The notes below the pieces were generated by a model. That model had not been told where the DNA came from, searched no databases, and worked only from the letters and a program-made list of their open reading frames with translations. The position numbers were made by a program, and so were the translations under genes. 49,064 bases of DNA from the NCBI GenBank assembly GCA_022710345.1, contig JAKLHB010000001.1, forward strand, positions 1 to 49,064, in the 5' to 3' direction. Within the stretch, counting starts at the first letter, position 1. The number at the start of each line of letters is the position of its first letter. Below, in pieces: positions 26,615-36,318 of the stretch. This stretch comes from Planctomycetota bacterium. Lineage in GTDB: Bacteria > Planctomycetota > Uabimicrobiia > Uabimicrobiales > JABWCH01.

Positions 26615-26828
26615 GTACGGCGATTCTCTGTCGCTACAGACATGAGGATTCGAGCTATAGGAAGTTTCCGGTGCCCCTTCAGGGCACTGCAAGACACATC
26701 TACACGTGGGGTTAGAAACCGGTTAGAAACCCCAGGCTTTATCCCCAAGCCGCTTCGCGGCAAAAAACACAAAAGAAAAGGCAAAATGGCAAATTTTTTT
26801 GTCTTGGCCATGCAACGGCATCGAGTAG
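26615..26828 (-). repeat. Structured repeat unit D, the right inverted repeat of the island and the 5' leader region of the helicase operon
   Basis: Its reverse complement matches 17245-17447, with roughly seven substitutions by hand count plus an 11-bp tandem duplication (ggttagaaacc x2, 26710-26731). Confidence 0.9.
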
Positions 26829-27469
26829 TTTGATAGGTATGTGTTCAAAACAAAGACTTTTGAGCACCTACCTAATAAGCCGAGTTTCGTATGTTTTTAT
26901 GCATTTCATAGTAAAACAGTTTTCGATAGAGTGTCAAGCAAAATTCAAAAAATCAAGTTTTTTCTATCGTGAGCTTTGGCAAGACCCTTCTTTCCCAGAA
27001 ATTGTGATAGGTTTTTGAACTTGGAGTGGACAAAATTTCTATGGAGCCTATTTAATATGGAGTGTTTTTTTTCGATCTGGCTCTTGGCCTGAAAAATCCA
27101 TCATCAGGTGTTCTGTTTGATAACGAGTTAGATCATAAATAGCGCGTAATACTTTTGCTGATTTTTCAACCTGGATCATATCCTTAATTTTTAGGAGATG
27201 ATCAGCTAATTACTTTTCTTTCTGTAAGTTAGCAATGTTTTTAAACATAAATTATGAAGAATTTTTTCCAGAAAGTAAAATGCAAGATGACTATTTAATC
27301 CTGGATGACACAGCAAGTGCAGGCTAAATGCAAAAGCAATGGAAAAATTACAATACGGATATAACCAACAATTCAAATTTTATAAAAATTTTCAGTAGCA
27401 AATACGCTATATAACTTTTTGTTCTAAGAAGAATTAGCATATTCATGCTATGAAATTTTGAAATAATCC

Positions 27470-27497
27470 TTGCAAAAATTTGAATAAACTTTATAAT
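27470..27497 (+). promoter_or_regulatory. sigma70-like promoter (TTGCAA-16-TATAAT) upstream of the PEP-CTERM gene
   Basis: ttgcaa at 27470-27475, tataat at 27492-27497. About 100 nt upstream of the ATG at 27596, which has an aaaggag RBS. Confidence 0.4.
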
Positions 27498-27595
27498 TGC
27501 ATCGTCAGAAAACTTCTGATTCTAACAGTTTTCGAGACAGATGTAGATTTCCTAACACATTATATCAAAGAATGTTACCTTAAAGGAGAAAACTA

Positions 27596-28192
27596 ATGCG
27601 TAATCTATTCATTATTTGCTTATTAGCTATTTTCAGCTTAGTGCAAGCTGAAGTCATTACCTTGAATATTCTCAGTGATACTACCTGGAAATCCACCAAT
27701 ACGAGCTATGCATCATGGGCCACATTGGGGTTCAATGATAGCGGGTGGAGCACAGCAGACAATGTCAATGGAACCACAACGTATTCAGGTGGTTATTACA
27801 TTTGGGAAGGTGCTAGAACCGGTACCACCAACAATGAAGTATTTTTCCGCAAAATCATTAGCTTTACAGGCACAGTACTTTCTGCTTCCATGGTTTGGGT
27901 GGTGGATGATGATATGGAGATGTACATCAACAACACCCAAGTGTATCGAGAAACGAATGGTGGAGCTGAATCAGGCAGCATGACCATCAACCCAACGTAT
28001 TTCCTTTCGTCAAGCCAAAACATCATTGCATTCCACACCACTGATGGTGATTTGCCAAGTCCACATGATCAAGGAGATCAATATTTTGCGTTCAACATTA
28101 CCTTGGTGGTAGATGTTCCGGAGCCAAGCACCGTGTTATTGGTTGGGCTGATGCTAGCCGCATACGGTTTTTTCAAATTTCGCAAACACTAG
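27596..28192 (+). CDS. Secreted PEP-CTERM-anchored protein with a galactose-binding-like domain
   Basis: Signal peptide MRNLFIICLLAIFSLVQA. C-terminus VPEPSTVLLVGLMLAAYGFFKFRKH (PEP motif, TM helix, basic tail). Confidence 0.8.
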   Translation: MRNLFIICLLAIFSLVQAEVITLNILSDTTWKSTNTSYASWATLGFNDSGWSTADNVNGTTTYSGGYYIWEGARTGTTNNEVFFRKIISFTGTVLSASMVWVVDDDMEMYINNTQVYRETNGGAESGSMTINPTYFLSSSQNIIAFHTTDGDLPSPHDQGDQYFAFNITLVVDVPEPSTVLLVGLMLAAYGFFKFRKH

Positions 28193-28283
28193 GTTTGGTT
28201 GAACCATACAAGTGTTGAAGTTTCTTGAATTTCATCCTTCAGCACGATCATCAATCATACCATGGAGGCCGCAAGCATGCGGA

Positions 28284-29303
28284 ATGTTTATGAGACAAAT
28301 GATTTTGTATTTCATTGTGATATTGTGTGGCATATTAAACCCAGCTTTTAGCACTCTCCTGCTTGAAGAAAATTTTAATTTCTCAGGGCTCTTAACTGCC
28401 AATGGATGGGCAGCCCATAGTAGTAGTGGTGTGAGTCCTATTTCAACAACCACAGGGTTGACCTATGCAGGGTATCCAAGCTCTGGCATTGGACAAGCTG
28501 CGCTTTTAGCAACTACTGGCGAAGATGTCAATCGAGGTTTTACTGCGCAGACAGCCGGGTCCATCTATTTTTCTTTTCTGGTCAGCACGACAAGCAGCTC
28601 GTTAGGCTATTTTTTTCATACCTCAGATCCCATGCCCTCCACCACCTTTAGAGGCAAAGTCTTTATTACCAGCGATGGAACTGGGGATTTTGAATTTGCT
28701 CTGACCATGTCAACTAACACACCAACTGCGATTACCAATGGAAATTATAGCTTTAACACAACCTACCTGGTCGTGCTCAAATACACTATCGTGGCAGGTA
28801 CGAGCAATGACAATGTGTCTTTATTTGTCTTTTCTTCAGGAATGCCTCCTGTCACAGAGCCAGCCCCAACTTTAGGGCCGATCACAGAAACCGTTGCTGA
28901 TTTAGTCAGTATAGGATATGTTGAACTACGTCAACATACTGCAGGTCAAGGAATTACTGTAGATGGTATCCGCATAGCTGATACTTGGCTAGAGTCAACC
29001 ACCTTGATTGATTTAGTGTCATTCTCCGCTATTCCTAAAACCGACAACATCCAAATTGCTTGGCAAACTGCGTCTGAACTTGACAACGCAGGATTTCATC
29101 TCTGGCGTGCTACTGAAGCTAGCCCTTATACCCTGATCACCAATTCCCTGATTCCTGCTCAAGGAACCGCCACAACTGGCGCGTCGTATGACTACAAAGA
29201 TTATGATATTATCCCTGGTACTCGATATTCCTATAAACTGGAAGATATTGATGTAGCCGGTAAAAGCGGTTGGCATGGTCCAGTGAACGCTGAATGCAAG
29301 TAA
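28284..29303 (+). CDS. Secreted hypothetical protein (beta-rich, Ser/Thr-rich)
   Basis: Signal-like MFMRQMILYFIVILCGILNPAFS. The start is uncertain (GTG 28212 / ATG 28284 / 28290). No recognised catalytic motif. Confidence 0.6.
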   Translation: MFMRQMILYFIVILCGILNPAFSTLLLEENFNFSGLLTANGWAAHSSSGVSPISTTTGLTYAGYPSSGIGQAALLATTGEDVNRGFTAQTAGSIYFSFLVSTTSSSLGYFFHTSDPMPSTTFRGKVFITSDGTGDFEFALTMSTNTPTAITNGNYSFNTTYLVVLKYTIVAGTSNDNVSLFVFSSGMPPVTEPAPTLGPITETVADLVSIGYVELRQHTAGQGITVDGIRIADTWLESTTLIDLVSFSAIPKTDNIQIAWQTASELDNAGFHLWRATEASPYTLITNSLIPAQGTATTGASYDYKDYDIIPGTRYSYKLEDIDVAGKSGWHGPVNAECK

Positions 29304-29549
29304 AAGAAACAGATTTTCAGCTTCAATAAAAACGCTCAGGAAATGCTATGACTCTTGAAGCAATTGTTGAAGCAAAAAAACAGAAATCAAAAGCATTGCT
29401 CAAAAGCATGGCGTTTTTCAAATTCGCATTTTTGGTTCTGTAGCGCGCTGAATCACGATGCGACATAGTTTTTACGTTTTCTTTCCTATATTCCGGCCTT
29501 TGCTTTGCAGCAAGCAAGGGCTTAACCGATATCTACAAGGAGCGCAACT

Positions 29550-31274
29550 ATGCGATTGTGGATTATTTTAGCTTTAATGCTTTCTTCCTATTGTTTTGCC
29601 CAAATGGATGAACAATCCAACGCGATTGCAACTGAAAAATCCATTGCTGATTTAGAGATTGCGTTTAGCAAAGATGATTATGATGTTGCAAAGACCACAT
29701 TGTATCAAGGCCAAAAAGGCGTTTTAGCAGAACATCGCACAGCCGTCAATTATGAAACCCAGAAAAAGAAAAAGGCCTTATATGTAGAAGGCACCTCGTA
29801 TCAGATGGGCTATCTAATTGGCTATCTTATGGCTGATGATGTGGAACAAATGACCACGAAATTTTTAGACCGCGTGATCTTTGAATTCATTGGTGTAGAT
29901 GTTGATCCTGACAAGATTCCCCATATTTGGGCCTTCCTAAAAGGCGCGATCCTGGGATTATCGAATGTGATCAAGCCTGATATTCCAACTGCATATCTCC
30001 AAGAAATGGACGGAATTGTTGCTGGATGTAAAGCAGCCAATCCAAATACTAAAGTTAAATTGGATGATTTGTATATGCTCAATGTTGGAATAGATGCATT
30101 GCTTGCCTATATCTATGCGTATGACAAAATTTGGTCGCTAGAAAACACAGGCGTGAGCATTGAAGACTTAAAAATCCCCATTATGTGCAATGCATTCTCT
30201 GTGTTTGGCAAAGCAACAAGCGATGGCAAGCATTATTTTGGTCGTGATTTTATGTTCCCTACGGCTCGAGTTTTTGAATATACCGCATGCCATATCATTT
30301 ATCGTCCCAATGATGGCCGAGTGCCTTTGATCGCAATCACTGCACCTGGTTTTATTGGCTCAATCGCTGCGATGAATAGCCACGGCATTGCTCTTGGAGT
30401 AGATATGTCTCCATCAGGCAACTGCAACGCAAAACGGCCTGGCCTCAATTCCTTGCTTTTAGTGCGCCATGCATGCCATTATGGAACTAGTGCCCAAAAC
30501 GCACTCAACACAATTATTGCAGCCCCACGCGGTGTAACCTGGGATTATGTAATTGCAGATGGCAAATACAACCAAGCTGTTGCAGTAGAAGCAGGATATT
30601 CCACAGCAATACTCGATTTCCTTCAATATGCACCAACAGACCTCAAGGACCTTGGCCTATTGCCAAATCAGGCATTCCTGGATCGGTATGAAAACCAATC
30701 TCATCAAAATGGCCTCATGGTAAGATGGCATAACTATCAATACCCAAAAATATTCTTGCAATTCAACCAGGCATTGTTTCAACATCACCAAAAAACCTAT
30801 AAAAGTGAAGATTTTGGCGAATTCGGATACATCAACAAAACTTTCACAGAGAAAAGTTGCCCCAAAGCCTTTTATTTCGCTCCACAAAGAGAAGAAAAAG
30901 ACGATGTTTTGGTGATGATCAATCACTATGTGATCCCAAGCATGCGACTTTGCGCCATGTATCCTGCAACCGTAAAAGTGGCTGAAGGCAACCTCGATGA
31001 CATTCAATGGCGATATGATGAGCTCAATTACCAAATTCTAACCAATTATGGCAAGATTGATTTTGCGAAAGCTCGTGAGTTGGCTGATTTCTTGGCACCT
31101 TATCATAAGTTCCCAGATTATTACAAACACAATCCACCTAGCAGTGATGGCAAAACATGCATCATTCATGGTAGTGTATCTGTGTGCAACCTGAGCGACA
31201 AAATCATGCAAAGTCATTTTGGATATTTTGCAGATGAGTGGATTACCACAAGCCTAAGCAATTATCTGGATTAA
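29550..31274 (+). CDS. Secreted protein, possibly an Ntn-hydrolase of the peptidase C45 / acyltransferase type
   Basis: Signal peptide MRLWIILALMLSSYCFA. An internal MCNAFSVFGK segment resembles the self-processing Cys site of C45-family enzymes. The family call is tentative. Confidence 0.45.
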   Translation: MRLWIILALMLSSYCFAQMDEQSNAIATEKSIADLEIAFSKDDYDVAKTTLYQGQKGVLAEHRTAVNYETQKKKKALYVEGTSYQMGYLIGYLMADDVEQMTTKFLDRVIFEFIGVDVDPDKIPHIWAFLKGAILGLSNVIKPDIPTAYLQEMDGIVAGCKAANPNTKVKLDDLYMLNVGIDALLAYIYAYDKIWSLENTGVSIEDLKIPIMCNAFSVFGKATSDGKHYFGRDFMFPTARVFEYTACHIIYRPNDGRVPLIAITAPGFIGSIAAMNSHGIALGVDMSPSGNCNAKRPGLNSLLLVRHACHYGTSAQNALNTIIAAPRGVTWDYVIADGKYNQAVAVEAGYSTAILDFLQYAPTDLKDLGLLPNQAFLDRYENQSHQNGLMVRWHNYQYPKIFLQFNQALFQHHQKTYKSEDFGEFGYINKTFTEKSCPKAFYFAPQREEKDDVLVMINHYVIPSMRLCAMYPATVKVAEGNLDDIQWRYDELNYQILTNYGKIDFAKARELADFLAPYHKFPDYYKHNPPSSDGKTCIIHGSVSVCNLSDKIMQSHFGYFADEWITTSLSNYLD

Positions 31275-31302
31275 TCCTAGTTTTCTTTAAGTCAGTTGAG
31301 CT

Positions 31303-31340
31303 AACAAATAAGCGGCTCTTTTGCCGCTTATTTGTTTTTA
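31303..31340 (+). terminator. Rho-independent terminator
   Basis: aacaaataagcggc-tctttt-gccgcttatttgtt followed by tttta. Confidence 0.7.
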
Positions 31341-31559
31341 GGGATTATAATGAATTTTAGGATGCTCTATTTCTGCTGATTTAGCAGTCCCAAGAAAACA
31401 TTCAAAGAAAGTTTACTTTCTTTGCTGTGTTGCTTGGATGGCTAGAAAATAGCCGACAGCACCTGCTGCAATTGGCCGAAAGGCAACGTTTCTTGAGTTG
31501 CTGTTGTGTTCCCTAAAAAAGTTATCATCAATTTTTTTATACTTTTTAGAAAGGTTGTT

Positions 31560-33194
31560 ATGAAATCCTTTTTCATAGTTTTTTTATTTTTATGCTTTAT
31601 TTTTAGCTCTTTTGCAAATGCCGTTTATGTGCGTGACTTGCCCACCACCATTCAGCAGCCAGATGGAACAGAAATCGCCTGTTTTGTCACAGGCGATGAA
31701 TTCTATCATTGGGTCCATGACCAAGAAGGTTATACCATTGTTCAAGACCCTGTGACTGGCTATTGCTGCTATGCAGAATTACAAGACGGCAATATTGTGG
31801 CTTCTCGATATATTGTCGGAGAAGTTCGGCCTGCTGAAGTTGGGCTAGTCAAACATGTCCGCTTACCTGCCCAACAAATTTTAGCCAAAAAACAGGCCAG
31901 ATTGGAAAAATCCAAAAGAATCGTCCGGAAATCTCGTTTAGACGAAATGCAAAATCTGGTTATTTTTATTCGCTTTGCAGATGAAGCAGAATTCACAGAT
32001 ACGATTGATATTTACGAAGACATGTTCAATGATGATACTCCCAATACGAATTCTCTCAGGAATTACTATCTCGAAGTATCTTATGGTCAATTCACCATAT
32101 CCAGCACATTTTATCCTACTCCAGGTGCCACTGTGCTTTCGTACCAAGACCCACAACCTAGAGGATACTACCAAAAATACAATGCAACCACCAATCCCAT
32201 TGGATACAAAAATGACGATGAATACACAGAGCGTCTGCAAACATTGCTCAAAGACGCTGTCAATGCAGTCAAAGCTCAAGTCCCGCCTGGTCTGAACATT
32301 GACTTTGACAACGATGGGTATGTGGACAATCTCTGTTTTATTGCCTATGGAAAACAAGATGCCTGGGCTGATTTGCTTTGGCCGCATCAGTGGGAATTGT
32401 TCATGTATGATGTTTTCATCAATGGCAAACAAGTTTTGACATACAATTTCCAATTGCAAAAATTTTTGGCAAATTCTGGATATAGCGTTTTGATGCATGA
32501 AGCCTTCCATAGTTTAGGCGCACCAGATTTGTACCGCTATTATGATGGTACCATAGACCCTGTGTATCAATGGGATATTATGTGTTGGGATGTTGAGCCT
32601 GCCCAACATATGTGTGCTTTCATGAAGTATAGGTATGGCTTGTGGATTGATCAGATTCCGCTCATCCAGGCTGTAGGCAGATATACACTCAATCCAATTA
32701 CTTCACCCACCGGCAATTGCTATAAAATCGCCCTTTCAGATACTGAATATATTGTCCTAGAATATCGCCAAAAAATTGGAACAAACTTTGAAAGCGCCCT
32801 GCCAGGGAGTGGAATCATTATCTACCGTATTGATACCAAGCAAGATGGCTTAGGCAATGCAGACGGTCCACCAGACGAAGTTTATGTTTACCGCCCAGGT
32901 GGATCCAATACAGTGAATGGGTCCCCGCGATTGGCTCATTTTAGTGACAAGGTAGGCCGGACGAAATTTGACATCACCACCAATCCTTATCCTTTCACCT
33001 CTGACAATCGTAAGATTGCGATTGCTATTTTTGATATTGTAGAAGCTTCCAATTCCATATCCTTTTCTTATTATGCACTGACCATCATTTCTTATGAAGC
33101 AAGCGGTGGTGGATCTTGTGGCAGCACTGGCATTGAAATCGTCTTGTTGTTGGCTCTCCTCTTTTCCGCTAAAAAATTAGGCTTGCGCAAGTAA
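31560..33194 (+). CDS. Secreted zinc metalloprotease (M6 / immune-inhibitor-A-like) with a Gly/Cys-rich C-terminal sorting signal
   Basis: Signal peptide MKSFFIVFLFLCFIFSSFANA. HEXXH in MHEAFHSLGAPDLY. C-terminus SGGGSCGSTGIEIVLLLALLFSAKKLGLRK. The GTG start at 31506 is unlikely. Confidence 0.75.
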   Translation: MKSFFIVFLFLCFIFSSFANAVYVRDLPTTIQQPDGTEIACFVTGDEFYHWVHDQEGYTIVQDPVTGYCCYAELQDGNIVASRYIVGEVRPAEVGLVKHVRLPAQQILAKKQARLEKSKRIVRKSRLDEMQNLVIFIRFADEAEFTDTIDIYEDMFNDDTPNTNSLRNYYLEVSYGQFTISSTFYPTPGATVLSYQDPQPRGYYQKYNATTNPIGYKNDDEYTERLQTLLKDAVNAVKAQVPPGLNIDFDNDGYVDNLCFIAYGKQDAWADLLWPHQWELFMYDVFINGKQVLTYNFQLQKFLANSGYSVLMHEAFHSLGAPDLYRYYDGTIDPVYQWDIMCWDVEPAQHMCAFMKYRYGLWIDQIPLIQAVGRYTLNPITSPTGNCYKIALSDTEYIVLEYRQKIGTNFESALPGSGIIIYRIDTKQDGLGNADGPPDEVYVYRPGGSNTVNGSPRLAHFSDKVGRTKFDITTNPYPFTSDNRKIAIAIFDIVEASNSISFSYYALTIISYEASGGGSCGSTGIEIVLLLALLFSAKKLGLRK

Positions 33195-33454
33195 TTAATA
33201 AAAAAGACTACGGAGACATGGCAGAAAAAGCATGGCAATCATGAAGGCATGCATTCCAGGAACCCGTAGCATAGCCCTTCGGTTTGAGGCCACGAATAGC
33301 GGCCTCAAACGCGAAGTGATTTCGATTTGTAGGCAATACCAATATCCTGTTAAAAATATTGCAAAATTTGTTTTTTTTCCTCAAAAAACAAGATATAATT
33401 TGACTTGATATAGTTTGATTCATCATTTTTTCTTTCAAAATCAGGAGATTTCCA

Positions 33455-36223
33455 ATGTCGAAAAAAAGTCTCACTCAAGCGAATCCTAAAAAATCAAAAA
33501 CAACGCATAAAACAACCAAGCCCAAATCCACGTCCCAAAAATCTAGCAAAACAATAACATCATCGTCGGCCAAAAAGCCAGCTTTGCCGAAAACTCAAAA
33601 AACGAAAAAGACAGCTTTATCGCCAACCAAAAAGACAGCTTTGTCAAAAAGTAAAAAGACAGCTTTGCCAAAAAGCAAAAAGACAGCTTTGCCGGAAACT
33701 CAAAAAACGAAAAAGCCAGCTTTATCGCCAACCAAAAAGACAGCTTTGTCAAAAAGCAAAAAGTCAGCTTTATCGCCAAAGCCAGCTTTATCACCAAAAG
33801 CAGTGACTCACAAACCGGCTTTATCCCAAACAATGATTCCAAAGTCTCCAGCACTCATATCTAAAGCGGCCAAACCAAAAACGCCATCATCAAAATCCGC
33901 ACCCAGCAAATCACAAGAAGCTGTCTTCCCATCTCAACCACAATCCATTGAAGTAGAACCCGGAGAGCCTGGGGAGATTTTTGAGTCCAGCGAGCCAGAG
34001 ATTCCGATCAATCCAGAAACAGTCATGTACTACCAGGACCTGATGCCAGGGGAACCAAAAAAATCGGCTTTTTGGGGGACGCAGTTAACGAATTATGTGC
34101 AAAAACCGTATGTCCAAGAATACATTCAAAAGCATAGCAAAGCCAAGCTATACATCGGCCAAAAGCCTGTCATTCCTAGGGCCAAAAAAATCAGTGGTTG
34201 GAATGATGATGTGCCATACATTTTATCAAGAGAATCCGATGCAGCATTACCATCTTGTACATTTGTTGGCCGGCAAGAGATGTTTGAAGCCTTGCAAGCC
34301 CAACGAACCATTGCTCGACATACAGCCTTGATTGGAATGAGAAAAATGGGAAAAACTGCGTTTGTCAAACGATACTATGACTATTTGTTCACCACGTCCG
34401 AGTCAGTGATTCCATTTTTCTATTCCTTCATGAACCTGGATGAAAGAAGAGGTAGTAAAAAGTCCGTGGTCCAGGTGGCAGAAGAAATGATGATTGTTTT
34501 CTTAAGCCAGGCTTTGGGATTTTTGACGCAAAATAAAACGCTAGCAAACAATAATGAGTTTGATAATCTTTTATTTGCATTAGAAAATTTGCCATCTGAA
34601 GCAAAAGAAATGTATTATGAAATATTCCACCAAATGATCCAATCATGGTATGCTGATGGAACTCTGCGTCCATTATATCAAATGATGCAACGCTCTATAG
34701 ATATTACGCTTAGAATAAAATTTTTCTTCGACCTCTCCCCCGTGATCATGCTAGATGAATACCAGGAAGTTGCTCGGTCGTTTGTGGATGAAAATGGAGA
34801 GAGCTACGATTGTGTGCCAGTGTTGAACAAATACCACTGCAATGATCGAATCTTTCTTTTACTGAGTGGCTCAGGATTAACGACCCGGATGGAAGATGCT
34901 CTGCCGCCGGCATTCGAGTATCGGATCGAACGTGTCCAGTTCGGTTCATTGGAAAAAGAAGATAGCCAGGAATTGGTGAGAAGAACGGTTCAGGCATTGA
35001 ACCTGAATGTGTTTGAAGGGATTGAAGAGAAATTGTACAAGCTCGTGGATGGGAATCCATACTTTATCCAGAGTGTTCTCACCCACAATTCAGCGTATCA
35101 AAAGATGTATGGCGAAAAAAAGGATTTTACAAAATTGGCAGGGCTATTAAAAGCCTATCGCTTTGAATGCACGGATGAAGCAGGAAAAATCTATGATTTC
35201 TGGCATTGGTACCTGATCCGAAATTGGCAAGCATACCCAGCATTCTTGAAATTTGGACAAGCAGTGTATCAAATTTTAAGATTTTTAGTGAATGCCAAGC
35301 AGGCAGTGCCGCTTCAAACGATTCAGGACATGATGAAGCAAGAGCTTCAGGGACAAAAAGATGCATTGACCATAGAACGATTGGTGGCCCGAATATTGAT
35401 CCATTTAGGAAGGATTGATTTGATTAAATGGAAATCCGCCTCAAATATGATCTTTATCGCCAAAGAGCCAACCATTGTGGCGAGCATTCAGGCAATTAAA
35501 TATGATTTGTTCTATCCCGAAGATCCACAAGAACTCCATCGGGAAGAAAATATGGAGCAGCATATCCTGGATATCTATAAGACACGAGAGAGTCTGGAAG
35601 AACTGGCAACGCAGGTAAAAAAGATGCAGGAAAATGTGGACACCATACACAAAGACCTAAAGAAAGTGAAGCAGGCAGGAACTGGAAAAGTAAGCCATGA
35701 ACAAGGCAAGGACGCAGAAGCCGAAGTCCGAGGCATGATTCAGAGGAGGGAAGGGATATTTGCCCCATACCCGATCCTGGGCAATGTGCGAAATGAAAAA
35801 ATCCAGGACCCAAGCAGCAAGCTGGAATACGAACTGGATTGCGTGGCAGATATAGACCCAGTTCAATTGCCATTGAAAGATATTCCAATGGCCAAGATTT
35901 CCTACGTTGGAATTGCCCAAGCTAGGGGATCAGCAGGATCGGCTCATCAAAAGTCCATCACCATTGCATCCTTGGATCAGGAACCAACGTCCAAAGCCAT
36001 GCTTGTGGTCGAGGTCAAGGATCAAAAGAAAAAGACGGATATATCCCAGGCCTTGCATTTTATCCAAAGCCTGGAAGCCTTGCAACGAATGCACAGCCTA
36101 ACCCAGGTTTATGCCGTGTTCTATTCTTGCTCTGGATTCTACAAAAATGCCATGCAGGAACTGATCAAGCGCCATGTTGTTGTGGCTGAATGCGACAGGT
36201 CAAAGGAGCACGCTTGCACATAG
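33455..36223 (+). CDS. Lys-rich repeat tail + AAA-type ATPase (archaeal-ATPase-like) + C-terminal DUF234-like nuclease-fold region
   Basis: aggag RBS. Residues 1 to about 170 are KKTALSKSKKTALPKS-type repeats. Then Walker A ALIGMRKMGKTAF, Walker B VIMLDEYQ, LLLSGSG, GNPYFI. C-terminus: YELDCVADID...LVVEVKDQKKK. Confidence 0.75.
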   Translation: MSKKSLTQANPKKSKTTHKTTKPKSTSQKSSKTITSSSAKKPALPKTQKTKKTALSPTKKTALSKSKKTALPKSKKTALPETQKTKKPALSPTKKTALSKSKKSALSPKPALSPKAVTHKPALSQTMIPKSPALISKAAKPKTPSSKSAPSKSQEAVFPSQPQSIEVEPGEPGEIFESSEPEIPINPETVMYYQDLMPGEPKKSAFWGTQLTNYVQKPYVQEYIQKHSKAKLYIGQKPVIPRAKKISGWNDDVPYILSRESDAALPSCTFVGRQEMFEALQAQRTIARHTALIGMRKMGKTAFVKRYYDYLFTTSESVIPFFYSFMNLDERRGSKKSVVQVAEEMMIVFLSQALGFLTQNKTLANNNEFDNLLFALENLPSEAKEMYYEIFHQMIQSWYADGTLRPLYQMMQRSIDITLRIKFFFDLSPVIMLDEYQEVARSFVDENGESYDCVPVLNKYHCNDRIFLLLSGSGLTTRMEDALPPAFEYRIERVQFGSLEKEDSQELVRRTVQALNLNVFEGIEEKLYKLVDGNPYFIQSVLTHNSAYQKMYGEKKDFTKLAGLLKAYRFECTDEAGKIYDFWHWYLIRNWQAYPAFLKFGQAVYQILRFLVNAKQAVPLQTIQDMMKQELQGQKDALTIERLVARILIHLGRIDLIKWKSASNMIFIAKEPTIVASIQAIKYDLFYPEDPQELHREENMEQHILDIYKTRESLEELATQVKKMQENVDTIHKDLKKVKQAGTGKVSHEQGKDAEAEVRGMIQRREGIFAPYPILGNVRNEKIQDPSSKLEYELDCVADIDPVQLPLKDIPMAKISYVGIAQARGSAGSAHQKSITIASLDQEPTSKAMLVVEVKDQKKKTDISQALHFIQSLEALQRMHSLTQVYAVFYSCSGFYKNAMQELIKRHVVVAECDRSKEHACT
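33572..33830. repeat. In-frame tandem and nested DNA repeats encoding the Lys/Thr/Ala/Pro-rich tail
   Basis: aaaaagacagctttg(c/t)c(a/g)aaaag units, plus a larger duplication of about 103 bp (about 33578-33650 vs 33681-33753). Boundaries are approximate. Confidence 0.8.
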
Positions 36224-36318
36224 TAATTGCAATTTTTGCATATTCTAAATTTCCTTTTTACCTATAGAGCAGGACAGGCGTTTGCTGGCTGCGTTCTACG
36301 TTATGCCGTCTTGACAAG

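Noticed and set aside
27048-27179. 43-aa minus-strand ORF (MIQVEKSAKVLRAIYDLTRYQTEHLMMDF...) in the 770-bp AT-rich gap right of the island
   Set aside because: It has only a weak RBS and no recognisable family. It cannot be supported from sequence alone.
33208-33474. 88-aa minus-strand ORF upstream of the ATPase gene, and a 64-aa ORF at 29323-29517
   Set aside because: They sit in promoter or leader regions of plus-strand genes, with no RBS or motifs. They are probably non-coding.
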